Source: Candidatus Saccharimonadales bacterium (GTDB lineage Bacteria; Chloroflexota; Dormibacteria; Aeolococcales; Aeolococcaceae). Taken from it: DNA of 64,000 nt. The notes beneath the pieces were generated by a model. The model saw only the letters and a list, made by a program, of their open reading frames with translations. It was not told the DNA's origin and did no database searches. Location of the stretch: contig DATLRB010000060.1 in NCBI GenBank assembly GCA_035534875.1, positions 90,241-154,240 on the forward strand, written 5' to 3'. Made by a program: the position numbers and the translations under genes. Of this stretch, positions 9,002 to 17,503 are shown one piece after another (within the stretch, counting starts at the first letter, position 1; every line of letters begins with the position of its first letter).

Positions 9002-9298
9002 TCAGGGATGCGAGGGGGCCGGCGGCGCGTCCTCGATCTCGAACAGGAGGTCGTCCGGGTAGCAGTAATACCAGTCCTCCCCCGGCTCGTAGGAGCGGAT
9101 GATCGGGTCGCCGACCGACTTGAAATGCGCCGTGGCGTGCTTTCCCGGCGAGTTGTCGCAGCATCCGACATGACCGCATTCCTGGCAGACGCGGAGATGC
9201 ACCCAGTCGGTCCGGCCCGCCGCAAGGCATTCGACGCACCCGGGTCCGGACGGCGTCACGTCGTGAATCTGGTCGAGATGCTGGCAGACGTCGGTCAT
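9002..9298 (-). CDS. UBP-type zinc-finger (zf-UBP/BUZ) domain protein
   Basis: MTDVCQHL..GCVECL..WVHLRVCQECGHVGCCDNSPGKHATAHF..WYYCY matches the zf-UBP Cys/His pattern. I chose ATG 9298 because it is preceded by GAGGAGAG. The track ORF extends to 9373. Confidence 0.8.
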   Translation of the reverse strand: MTDVCQHLDQIHDVTPSGPGCVECLAAGRTDWVHLRVCQECGHVGCCDNSPGKHATAHFKSVGDPIIRSYEPGEDWYYCYPDDLLFEIEDAPPAPSHP

Positions 9299-9321
9299 GT
9301 GGCGCTCTCCTCGCGGGCTGA

Positions 9322-10239
9322 TCAGTGAGACGGTGGAGCCGGTCCACCGAAGGTCGTCAGGTCGCGGTTCCATCCCATCAACCTCGCCGCTCCGTCATAT
9401 GTGGAGGCGAGAAAGTCGCGGATGGCCTGGCGTGGATCCGGCTCCGCGCGCGCAGTGTCATAGGAGAAGAGAAACTCTCCCGCATCCGAGCTCCACGTCG
9501 CCGCAGGCGGCTGGAGGGTCACCTCGTTGATCCCCCTTGGCGCCGGGTGCGCGTACGAGAAGAATGACGGGGCCGCAAGGCGGTGATCGCCGGGCCACCA
9601 CCCCGCACAGATCTGCTCGGCATCCGAGCTGAAATGGGTGATGACGCTGTCGCCAGGCAGCGGGGCGGCCGGCCGGCCCGAGTATCGGGTCAGGGCGAGG
9701 TCGAACGTCCCCCAGAAGAAGTGCACCGGCGTGGTCCGCCCGCGGAACCGCGCGCGGTGCTCCTTCATCACGAGGTCGACCATGGAGAGCACGCGGTGAA
9801 ACCGCTTCGCCTGACCGCCGTCGTACGTGGCATGGGTGTGGTCATCGGGAAAGGGGATGGGATCCGGTACCTCCGACGGTTCCACCGACATGGTGACGTC
9901 GATCCCCATGCGTCGCAGCGCCTCCATGACGTCACGGTAAAAATCAGCGACCGCTCCGCCGAGCGGGCGGCGCTCGGTCAGTCCATCGCTCGTGCGGATC
10001 ACGAGCACGTGGCTGTGCAGGTCGAGTTCGGCGTCGAAGGTGCGCGATCCGATGGGCACCGGCGACGTGGTGAGACCCCTCGCGGTGACGTAGAGGGGCA
10101 CATTCGCCCAGCCCGGCTCGAAGGGGCTGAGGGCAAGGCGAAGCTTCCCGATCACCTGCGTGTACATGTGGAGGGTGTCTCGAGTGGCCCGCCAGTCCGC
10201 GTACGGCAGGGCCGGCCATCCCCCCGAGACGTCTTCCAT
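9322..10239 (-). CDS. DUF5996 family protein
   Basis: WPALPYADWRATRDTLHMYTQVIGKLRLAL..PVHFFWGTFDLA is the signature I recall for DUF5996. I chose ATG 10239 (MEDVSGGW). The upstream part of track ORF 9322..10428 is His/Arg/Cys-rich and overlaps the divergent promoter region. Confidence 0.7.
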   Translation of the reverse strand: MEDVSGGWPALPYADWRATRDTLHMYTQVIGKLRLALSPFEPGWANVPLYVTARGLTTSPVPIGSRTFDAELDLHSHVLVIRTSDGLTERRPLGGAVADFYRDVMEALRRMGIDVTMSVEPSEVPDPIPFPDDHTHATYDGGQAKRFHRVLSMVDLVMKEHRARFRGRTTPVHFFWGTFDLALTRYSGRPAAPLPGDSVITHFSSDAEQICAGWWPGDHRLAAPSFFSYAHPAPRGINEVTLQPPAATWSSDAGEFLFSYDTARAEPDPRQAIRDFLASTYDGAARLMGWNRDLTTFGGPAPPSH

Positions 10240-10382
10240 CCCGCAATGATGATGCTGACGGACGTGCGTGCGGCGGAGTGCAGCGGGGGCACATGTGACC
10301 ATCGACCCTGGTGAGCGCGGAGGCCTGGCGCGATGATGAGCACACACCTGTCGTTCCCGAGTTCGACACAAGAGGTCGTGAC

Positions 10383-10811
10383 ATGGATCACAAACCAGCG
10401 CTTCGAAGCCTCGTCGCAATCGATGCATTCGCCGCCGTCAGCGCTCTCGCGGGCGGTGTGATGGTGCTCACAGCATGGCCGTCCACCTTCCCGATCGCCT
10501 GGCTGGAGGGGACACCATTCGACAGCTACGTGATCCCGGGTTTGCTCCTCGGCGTCGTCGTCGGCGGCAGCGCTCTGGTGTCCCTGGTGGCGACGGTGCG
10601 CAGGGCGCCTTCGGGCCCGGCACTGTCGTTCCTGGCCGGACTGGTGATGATGGGCTGGATCGCCGGCGAGGTCGTGCTGCTGCACGCGACTGTCGGGTTC
10701 ACGCCGCTCTGGCCCTTCTACTTCCTGGTCGGTCTCGCCATGAGCCTGCTCGGTCTCCGAGCCGCCCCTCGCGGGCTTCGCGACTTCGGACGGCGGATGC
10801 ATCACGCGTAA
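10383..10811 (+). CDS. hypothetical integral membrane protein (4 TM)
   Basis: ATG 10383 is preceded by AGAGG. Four hydrophobic helices are present (AIDAFAAVSALAGGVMVL, IPGLLLGVVVGGSALVSLV, LSFLAGLVMMGWIAGEVVLL, LWPFYFLVGLAMSLLGL). Confidence 0.6.
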   Translation: MDHKPALRSLVAIDAFAAVSALAGGVMVLTAWPSTFPIAWLEGTPFDSYVIPGLLLGVVVGGSALVSLVATVRRAPSGPALSFLAGLVMMGWIAGEVVLLHATVGFTPLWPFYFLVGLAMSLLGLRAAPRGLRDFGRRMHHA

Positions 10812-10831
10812 CGCGGAGGAACCCGATGGGT

Positions 10832-11119
10832 TCAGGTCGTGGCGGCCGCGTCCCGCATCTCAAGCCACATGAGGCCCTGCAAACCCAGGCGGAAACGTCC
10901 TCCCGCATGCACCACCACCATCAGGACACTCTCGCATGCGCTGCACCGGAGCACGGCGCCGGGCGAACGCGGCGACATGTACAGGTGCTGCGCGCCCATG
11001 GCGCCCACGGCGCCACAGCCCGCACAGGCACCGCGCGCATCCGTGAGCTCGTGCACAAAGACTTCCCGAAGCAGTCCCGCGGCCGCGTTCCCGTCCAGTC
11101 TCAACGCTTGCTCGGTCAT
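10832..11119 (-). CDS. DUF6510 family protein (4-Cys, zinc-ribbon-like)
   Basis: LDGNAAAGLLREVF..CAGCGAVG..LRCSACESVL resembles the DUF6510 proteins I recall downstream of FAD-oxidoreductase/sulfite-oxidase-like pairs. It lies 7 nt downstream of the FNR-like gene. Confidence 0.65.
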   Translation of the reverse strand: MTEQALRLDGNAAAGLLREVFVHELTDARGACAGCGAVGAMGAQHLYMSPRSPGAVLRCSACESVLMVVVHAGGRFRLGLQGLMWLEMRDAAATT

Positions 11120-11126
11120 CTCAGTG

Positions 11127-11879
11127 TCATCCTCCTGTCGGGCCGAACCGCTCGGTCTTGATGCGAGTGGGCTCGTGGCCGAGGTGCACGAGCGACTCCG
11201 CCGCCGACTCGACGAGCGGGGTCGGCCCGCAGATGAAGCTCAGCGGCTGGTCGGCGGGTGGCCAAGCGGCAGCACTGAGCATCGCCGCGTCGATGCGCCG
11301 GTGCAGGCCCGCCCACGCCTGGGGGACGCTGCGGGTCAGGGTGTGGATCACCTCCAACCCCGTGCCGTCCGCCGCCATCCGGTCGAGCTCGTCGCGGTAG
11401 ATGACATCCTCGAGTGAGCGTGACGAGTACAGCAATCGGGTTGGAACGGCGCTGCCGGCAGCGTGCCTGAGCCGGAGCATGGCCATGAGCGGACAGATCC
11501 CGGAGCCGCCGGCCACGAGCAGGAGCGGACCTCCCAGCGAGACGTCCCAGACAAAGTACCCGCCGACGGGTCCACGCAACTCCAGCCGGTCACCGACTCG
11601 CAGCTCGGCCGCAAGGTACGGCGAAACCTCGCCGTCCTCGAGCCGCTCGACGGTCAGCGTCACCCGCTCACCGGTGGGTGACGACGCGATCGAATAGCTG
11701 CGCTGGGCCTGGTACCCGTCCTCTGCCGTCAGACGCACGTCGACGTGCTGCCCCGGCACGTGTCCGGGCCAGTCCGGCACCTCGAGGACGAGGCTGCGCA
11801 CCCGTGGGGTCTCATCGACGAGGTCCTGGACCTCGGCGGTGCGCCAGATCAGTCGCCGCTGTAGCGCTGTTCCTGCCAC
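11127..11879 (-). CDS. FAD-binding ferredoxin-reductase-type oxidoreductase (FNR family)
   Basis: RSYSIAS (RxYS FAD motif) and LLLVAGGSGICPLMAML (NAD(P) GGxGxxP motif) are present. I chose GTG 11879, which overlaps the upstream gene by 31 nt. The track ORF to 12218 runs antisense-free but out of frame through the upstream CDS and is Arg-rich. Confidence 0.8.
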   Translation of the reverse strand: MAGTALQRRLIWRTAEVQDLVDETPRVRSLVLEVPDWPGHVPGQHVDVRLTAEDGYQAQRSYSIASSPTGERVTLTVERLEDGEVSPYLAAELRVGDRLELRGPVGGYFVWDVSLGGPLLLVAGGSGICPLMAMLRLRHAAGSAVPTRLLYSSRSLEDVIYRDELDRMAADGTGLEVIHTLTRSVPQAWAGLHRRIDAAMLSAAAWPPADQPLSFICGPTPLVESAAESLVHLGHEPTRIKTERFGPTGG

Positions 11880-12454
11880 GGATCGCCATACATGTGATAG
11901 CCGTAGGTTTCCCAGAACCCCGGCGAGTCGTCCTGCATCAGTCGGAGCCCGCGGACCCACTTGGCGCTCTTCCAGAAGTACAGATGCGGCACCAGGAGGC
12001 GTGCGGGACCTCCGTGCTGGCGCTCGAGTGGTTGCCCGTCGAATGCGAACGCGATCCAGGCCCTGCCGCCGGTGAGGTCGTCGAGCGGCAAATTCGTGGT
12101 GTACCCACCGTCGCAGAACGCCATGACGTAGTCCGCCGCGGTGTCGACGCCCTCGAGCAGGGTGTCCACGGAGACGCCCTCCCAGGTGGTGGCGAGCTTG
12201 GACCATTTGGTGACGCAATGGATGTCTCGCGTCACCGTCTCGCTCGGCAGCGCACGCAATTCCTCCCAGGTCCAGCGTTTCTCCTCATCGACCTCGCCTT
12301 CGATCGAGAACGACCACTCGGCAAGCGATGTGCGCGGCGTCGGACCGGCCGAAAGGACCGGAAAGTCGCGGACCAGGTACTGACCCGGGGGGACTCGCGC
12401 ATCTCTGGGCTGATCGTGAGGCCGGCCTTTGAACGCCCGGCTCACGAACCCCAT
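11849..12454 (-). CDS. molybdopterin-dependent (sulfite-oxidase-like / MsrP-YedY-like) oxidoreductase
   Basis: DIHCVTKWSK..GGYTTN..QHGGPARLLVPHLYFWKSAKW is typical of the Oxidored_molyb domain. ATG is preceded by GGAGGT. Confidence 0.85.
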   Translation of the reverse strand: MGFVSRAFKGRPHDQPRDARVPPGQYLVRDFPVLSAGPTPRTSLAEWSFSIEGEVDEEKRWTWEELRALPSETVTRDIHCVTKWSKLATTWEGVSVDTLLEGVDTAADYVMAFCDGGYTTNLPLDDLTGGRAWIAFAFDGQPLERQHGGPARLLVPHLYFWKSAKWVRGLRLMQDDSPGFWETYGYHMYGDPWQEQRYSGD

Positions 12455-12676
12455 GCGGTGACCTCCACGTGGATATTGTGATGGGGGTCCCGATCGAGCG
12501 GCAAGGCTGGGCTCGCGCCGGCGGGTCCGGTGCTCGGTATGTTTCGTTTCGTACCGGTAGGGTATGGTGGTTGCATCGCCTCGAATCTCGAGGGGTATCG
12601 CTCGTGGTCGTCATTCCTTCTCGAACGGACGCGCTGCGTCTGTTCTGCATAACGAGAAGGAATTGGAGAGACCAGA
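12455..12676. promoter_or_regulatory. 222-nt divergent control region, including the long 5' leader of the cold-shock gene
   Basis: The region lies between the divergent starts at 12454 (-) and 12677 (+). It is visibly less GC-rich and contains the hairpin CCGGTA-N12-TACCGG, with GGAGAG before GTG 12677. Long structured leaders are typical of csp genes. No specific element was identified. Confidence 0.3.
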
Positions 12677-12877
12677 GTGACTGGTACCGTAAAGAAGATC
12701 GTCGCCGAACGCGGCTTCGGCTTCATCACCGCCGAGGATGGACAGGAGTATTTCTTCCATCGCAGTGGACTCGACAGTTCGCTGACCTTCGAAAATCTCA
12801 CGGGCGATGAGCACGTGAGCTTCGAGATCGAGCGCAGCGACAAGGGCCCGCGCGCCCGCCAGGTCCGGGCGGCCTGA
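12677..12877 (+). CDS. csp: cold-shock domain protein (CspA family)
   Basis: 66 aa. GTVKKIVAERGFGFITAEDGQEYFFH carries the RNP1 (GFGFI) and RNP2-like (FFH) motifs. Confidence 0.9.
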   Translation: MTGTVKKIVAERGFGFITAEDGQEYFFHRSGLDSSLTFENLTGDEHVSFEIERSDKGPRARQVRAA

Positions 12878-12895
12878 TCCTCGCTGTGTGAGGCA

Positions 12896-12936
12896 CCGGT
12901 CATCGCCGATTCGTCGGCGATGACCGGAATCTCGTT
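12896..12936 (+). terminator. intrinsic terminator after csp
   Basis: CCGGTCATCGCCGA-TTCG-TCGGCGATGACCGG forms a 14-bp perfect stem. It lies 19 nt after the stop and is followed by AATCTCGTT (weak U-tract). Confidence 0.65.
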
Positions 12937-13058
12937 GCGCCGTCTAGAGTGGACTCGTATGGCGACGAACGAGCGGAAGCCAGCCTGCGTGGCCCGAAGG
13001 AAACAGCTGGCGAGAGCGACGGTGCTGTCGTCTGACGCTGCCTAACCGCACCGACCAC

Positions 13059-14060
13059 GTGCCGAAAGCTGCGCGGCGGAGGGTGCCGGTTCCGCTTCGA
13101 CGAGTGTTGACCGGCGTGGTGGGACTGGCTGGGATCGCCGGCGTGGTGGTGTTCCTCGACCCCGCCAAGGTCGGAAGCGCACTCGAGCATTTCCAGCTGG
13201 TGTTCCTTGCGCCGATCCTGGTGCTCTCGGTGTTCGTCTACGTTCTGCAGGGGATTCGCTGGCACTACCTGCTGACCGATGTCGGCACCAAGCTGCGCCT
13301 TCGAGACACGATCCTGATCAATCTGGCGGGTCAGACGATCACGGCGATCGTGCCGCTCGGCGATCTCACACGGGCTGCGTTTGCAAGCACAGCCGACGGC
13401 ACCGACTTCGGCACAGTCGCGGCAACGGTCACCGTCCAGGAGCTGTCGTACATGCTGTGGCTCATCCTCTCGGCGCTTCCCGCGATCCTCGCGCTCGGCT
13501 ACGGGCTCGCCGCGGTGATACCAGTCGCGGCCGGCATCGCACTCATCGTCGTCGTCCTCACCGTCTCACCGGTGTTCTGCCGCTTCCACGACCTGGTTGC
13601 GCACATACCGTTTCTCAACAAGCTCCTTCCAGCCGTCGACGAGCTGCAGCAGGAAACGTCAACACTGCTGCATCGACCTGACGCCCTTGCTCTTTCCGTG
13701 CTGGACGCCGCGCGGGTCGTCGTCGCCGTCACCACCTTCTGGTTGGTGCTTGAAGGCCTCGAGCCGGGGAGGATCGGGTGGTGGCAGGCCGCGTTCGTCC
13801 TGGCGCTGGCCACCATCGGTGGCGCCGTGAGCCTCATCCCCGGCGGCGTCGGCGCCAACGAGGCGAGCGTGGCTGCGCTCCTCATCTTTCTGGGGTTCGA
13901 CTCGGGGAGCGCCGGCGCCGCCGCGATCATCCAGCGCGGGCTCATGACCGGGCTGTCCGTGGTCCTGGGCTTCGCCGCGTACGCGCTGATCAACGAGCGG
14001 CTCCACCTCGGCGGCATCTTCCAATTGTTCGCCCGCCGGCCCGCACCCATTCGCGCGTAG
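13059..14060 (+). CDS. flippase-like / lysylphosphatidylglycerol-synthase-TM-region family membrane protein (UPF0104)
   Basis: GTG start with about 8 TM helices. N-terminal ..VVFLDPAKVGSALEHFQLVFLAPILVLSVFVYVLQGIRWHYLL is the pattern of the LPG_synthase_TM family. Confidence 0.7.
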   Translation: MPKAARRRVPVPLRRVLTGVVGLAGIAGVVVFLDPAKVGSALEHFQLVFLAPILVLSVFVYVLQGIRWHYLLTDVGTKLRLRDTILINLAGQTITAIVPLGDLTRAAFASTADGTDFGTVAATVTVQELSYMLWLILSALPAILALGYGLAAVIPVAAGIALIVVVLTVSPVFCRFHDLVAHIPFLNKLLPAVDELQQETSTLLHRPDALALSVLDAARVVVAVTTFWLVLEGLEPGRIGWWQAAFVLALATIGGAVSLIPGGVGANEASVAALLIFLGFDSGSAGAAAIIQRGLMTGLSVVLGFAAYALINERLHLGGIFQLFARRPAPIRA

Positions 14061-14082
14061 CCGCGCGGCACCCGTCCACACT

Positions 14083-17000
14083 TTGCCCATCGTGGACGCG
14101 ACGCCGATTGCGAAGATCCTGCCTCGGAGCCCCACGGACGGCCTCATCGAGCGCCCTGCTCTGGAGCAGCTTGCCGCCACGGCCCGCAACCGCCGCCTCA
14201 CGGTGGTCGTCGCCGAGGCGGGCTTCGGCAAATCGACGTTGCTCGCATCGTGGTGGGAGAGCACTCCGTGTGCGTGGTACACGGCCGATCAGCACGACCT
14301 CGACCTCCCCACGTTGGGCCGCCAGCTGAGCGACGCTCTGCGTCTGCGGGTACCGGACATCCCGAGCGATGTGAGCTGGCTGGCCGAAGGTGCCGGAGGT
14401 CCCGAGCTCGAGCAGTTCCTTCGCGCCGATGCGCTGGCGGCACAGCTCGCGGAGATTCTGCACGCGCAGCTCTCCTCAGACCTCATCCTCGTGATCGACG
14501 ACGCGCACGAGCTCGCGGCGGCATCCCCGTCCGCGCGGCTTGTAGAAGCGCTGTGCCGCCATGCCCCTCCCCGGCTCCACCTCGTCATTTCGGGACGGCG
14601 GCAACCACCCTTCCAGATCGAGCGGCTTCGAGGGCAGGGACAATTGCTCGAGATTGACGGTGGTCAACTCGCGTTCACGGTCGAGGAGGTGGGCGAGCTG
14701 GTCCAGCGTCAGCTCGGCCTCGCCGCCGAGAACCTCGCTGCGCAGATTCATCGCATCGCCGGCGGGTGGCCCGCGGCCGTGACCCTCGCGATCGAGGCGC
14801 TGAAATCATCACCGCGCGAGACCTGGGCCACCGTCTTCGCCGCTCTCGACAAGCCGAACGCCCCGCTGTATTCCTATCTGGCGGAAGAGGTGTTTGCCCG
14901 TCATCCCGACGCGGTTCGGGACCTGATCAGCAAGCTCGCGCTCTTCGACCGGTTCACGCCCGAGCTGTGCGAGGCAATCGGCATCGCCGGATCGGGCGCG
15001 ATGCTCGGCGAGCTCACGCGTCAGGGTCTGTTCGTCGAGCGGGGACCCGACGGATCCCTCGCGCTTCGACCGTTGATCCGGGACTACGCGCGCGAGTCGC
15101 TTCCGGTGGCCGAGGCGGTCGCGCTTGACCTCCGCGCGACGGCGGGTCATTGGCTCGCCGCGAACGGTGCCTCGGCAGATGCGATCCAGGTGTTGCTCTC
15201 GTCGGGCGCGTCAGACGAGCTGGCGAGGGTGGTCACGAAGGAGGGCGCGAGGCTTCTCGCGGCAGGCCAGATCGCCACCGTCCTGCGAGCGTGCCGGGCC
15301 ATCCCGCCCGCCACGCGCTCGGCTGAGATCGAGCAGCTCGAAGGCGAGGCGCAACAGATCCAGGGCGACTGGAGCGAGGCGATGGCCTGCTTTCAGCGCG
15401 CGGCCGCGGGTCGTACGTCGCTCCCCGCCCACCTCGCCTGGCGGATGGGCCTGATCCACTACCTTCGCGGTGAGCACGAGGAGGCCCTGGCCGTCTACCA
15501 GCGAGGGGTCGATGATCGCGGAGCGGATCCCATGGAGATGGCCCTCCTCCTCGCGTGGATGTCGACCGCGCACTGGATTCGCGGTGACGTCGAGCCCTGC
15601 AGGGAGCTCGCCGGGAGGGCTCTCGCCGCGGCGAACGCGTGCGGCGATCATCGAGCGCTCGCGGCAGCGCACACGGTCATGGCGATGCTGGCGGCACTCG
15701 ACGGAGACCGGCGTGCCAACGACGCCCACTACCTCCTCGCGCTGCGCGCCGCCGAAGAGGCGTCGGACGTGCTGCAGGTCGTCCGCATTCGAACCAATCG
15801 CGGCTCACACTTCCTGGAGGAGGGTTCATACCCGGAGGCGCTCCAGGAGCTCGATGTTGCGGTGCGGCTCGCGGAGCTCACGTCGTTCGCGAGCTTCCTG
15901 GCGCTCAGCCTGAGCAACCGAGGGGAGACCAAGCTGCGGATGGGCCGCATCGATGACGCCCTGACCGACCTCGAGGCTTCGCGACTGCGTTACCGGCAGA
16001 TCGACTCGGACATGGTCGCCTACCCGCTGACGCTGATCGGCGAGATCCACAGCGAGCGCGGGAACCTCGCCCAGGCGCGAGTCCTGCTCGAGGAAAGCCT
16101 CGAAATCGCCGAGCAGTCCGGCGATGTCCAGGGAGTGGTACCGGCGCTTGCCTGCCTTGCTGTGGTCGTGGCCGGCGAGGATCCCGAAAGGGCGCGAGCC
16201 CTCGCTGATCGGGCGGTCTCGTACGGCACCGGCATGGCCTATGTGATCGCACTCCTGGCTGCCGGATGGGTTGCCGCGGCCGCTGGCGATCGGATGTCGG
16301 CGCGTGAGCTGGCCTCGCAGGCCGAGGCGGTCGCGCGAGCGCGCCACGACAGACCCGGCCTGGCTGACGCGCTGGCGCTGACGGCGGTCACCGCGGAGGA
16401 TCAGCGTGTCGCAAGCCGGCGCCTTGCCGAGGCCGGCGCGATCTGGCAGGAGATCGGGAACCCGCTTGGCGAGGCAAAGGTGAATCTCATTTTGGCGTCG
16501 ATCGACGAGGGAACGGGATCGGCGGCGCTTCGACGCAAGGCGGAGCATCAACTCGAGGCTCTCGGAGTGCGCGCGCACCAGAGCGGCAACGTGGCCGCGG
16601 GGCTCCTGACATTCCTGAGCCCGCTTGACCGCGTGGCTGTGAGAGTCCAGTCACTGGGCGGCTTCTCGGTGTTTCGCGACGGGGAGCTGGTGCGAGTCTC
16701 CGAGTGGCAGTCGAAGCGGGCGCGGGAACTGCTCAAGCTGCTGATCGCCCGGCGCGGCCGGCCGGCTCCTCGAGGCTACCTCATGGAGACGCTCTGGCCG
16801 GGAGAGGACCCCGATCGTGTGGCGAATCGTCTGTCGGTGGCGCTGACCACGGTGCGCGGTGTGCTCGACCCGCAACGCCGCTTCCCGCCCGAGCACTTCG
16901 TGCTGGCGGACAAGGACGCGGTCGCACTCAACCTGGACGCGGTCGACGTCGATGTCGAGCGGTTTCTCTCAGCTGCGGCCGAGGGACTCGGGTCTGTGCG

Positions 17001-17412
17001 CCGCGGGGACATCGCGCGCGGGCTTCCGATCCTCAGCACCGCAACCGTCCGCTACGCCGGCGACTTCCTCGAGGAGAATCCGTACGACGACTGGGCTACG
17101 CCCCTCCGCGAAGAGGCTCGTGGCGTCTATGTGGGAGCGCTGCGAATGCTGGCCCGACACGCCGCCGATCCCGACATCGCGGTGACGCATCTGCTCCGCA
17201 TCCTGGAGATGGACCGCTACGACGAGCAGGCACATCTCGGCCTCGTGAGTGCACTCGCGGGATCCGGCCGCCACGGCGAGGCGCATCGGCACTACCTGAA
17301 CTACCGCCGTGCCATGGACGACCTCGGGGTGGAACCCGCTCCATTTCCGGCCGGCCGGGGCGGAAGGGCGCCGGAGACCGATCCGATGTGGCGCGCCGCC
17401 GGCCAACCGTAG
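14083..17412 (+). CDS. large MalT-like STAND NTPase - TPR - C-terminal SARP (winged-helix + BTAD) regulator
   Basis: The P-loop is VVVAEAGFGKSTLLASWW and Walker B is LILVIDDAHE, followed by a long TPR-like helical region. The C-terminus VRVQSLGGFSVFRDGE..WQSKRARELLKLLIA..LMETLWP (OmpR/SARP wHTH) is followed by BTAD (YDEQAHLGLVSALAGSGRHGEAHRHYLNYRRAMDDLGVEP). The start is TTG 14083; GTG 14092 is an alternative. Confidence 0.8.
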   Translation: MPIVDATPIAKILPRSPTDGLIERPALEQLAATARNRRLTVVVAEAGFGKSTLLASWWESTPCAWYTADQHDLDLPTLGRQLSDALRLRVPDIPSDVSWLAEGAGGPELEQFLRADALAAQLAEILHAQLSSDLILVIDDAHELAAASPSARLVEALCRHAPPRLHLVISGRRQPPFQIERLRGQGQLLEIDGGQLAFTVEEVGELVQRQLGLAAENLAAQIHRIAGGWPAAVTLAIEALKSSPRETWATVFAALDKPNAPLYSYLAEEVFARHPDAVRDLISKLALFDRFTPELCEAIGIAGSGAMLGELTRQGLFVERGPDGSLALRPLIRDYARESLPVAEAVALDLRATAGHWLAANGASADAIQVLLSSGASDELARVVTKEGARLLAAGQIATVLRACRAIPPATRSAEIEQLEGEAQQIQGDWSEAMACFQRAAAGRTSLPAHLAWRMGLIHYLRGEHEEALAVYQRGVDDRGADPMEMALLLAWMSTAHWIRGDVEPCRELAGRALAAANACGDHRALAAAHTVMAMLAALDGDRRANDAHYLLALRAAEEASDVLQVVRIRTNRGSHFLEEGSYPEALQELDVAVRLAELTSFASFLALSLSNRGETKLRMGRIDDALTDLEASRLRYRQIDSDMVAYPLTLIGEIHSERGNLAQARVLLEESLEIAEQSGDVQGVVPALACLAVVVAGEDPERARALADRAVSYGTGMAYVIALLAAGWVAAAAGDRMSARELASQAEAVARARHDRPGLADALALTAVTAEDQRVASRRLAEAGAIWQEIGNPLGEAKVNLILASIDEGTGSAALRRKAEHQLEALGVRAHQSGNVAAGLLTFLSPLDRVAVRVQSLGGFSVFRDGELVRVSEWQSKRARELLKLLIARRGRPAPRGYLMETLWPGEDPDRVANRLSVALTTVRGVLDPQRRFPPEHFVLADKDAVALNLDAVDVDVERFLSAAAEGLGSVRRGDIARGLPILSTATVRYAGDFLEENPYDDWATPLREEARGVYVGALRMLARHAADPDIAVTHLLRILEMDRYDEQAHLGLVSALAGSGRHGEAHRHYLNYRRAMDDLGVEPAPFPAGRGGRAPETDPMWRAAGQP

Positions 17413-17503
17413 GCGTCGCACGGAGCCCGATGCGACTGGTCCCAGGCTGCCGGGCCGGGGGTATAGACTGCCCGGCGATCCGACAACTCCTGGAGGGGCT
17501 TCG

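Noticed and set aside
12455-12560. Possible Moco riboswitch in the leader of the molybdoenzyme operon (minus strand)
   Set aside because: Only short generic fragments (CCGAGC, GGAGGTCACC) are present, and I could not trace the conserved Moco-motif helices. Rfam RF01055 scanning would be needed.
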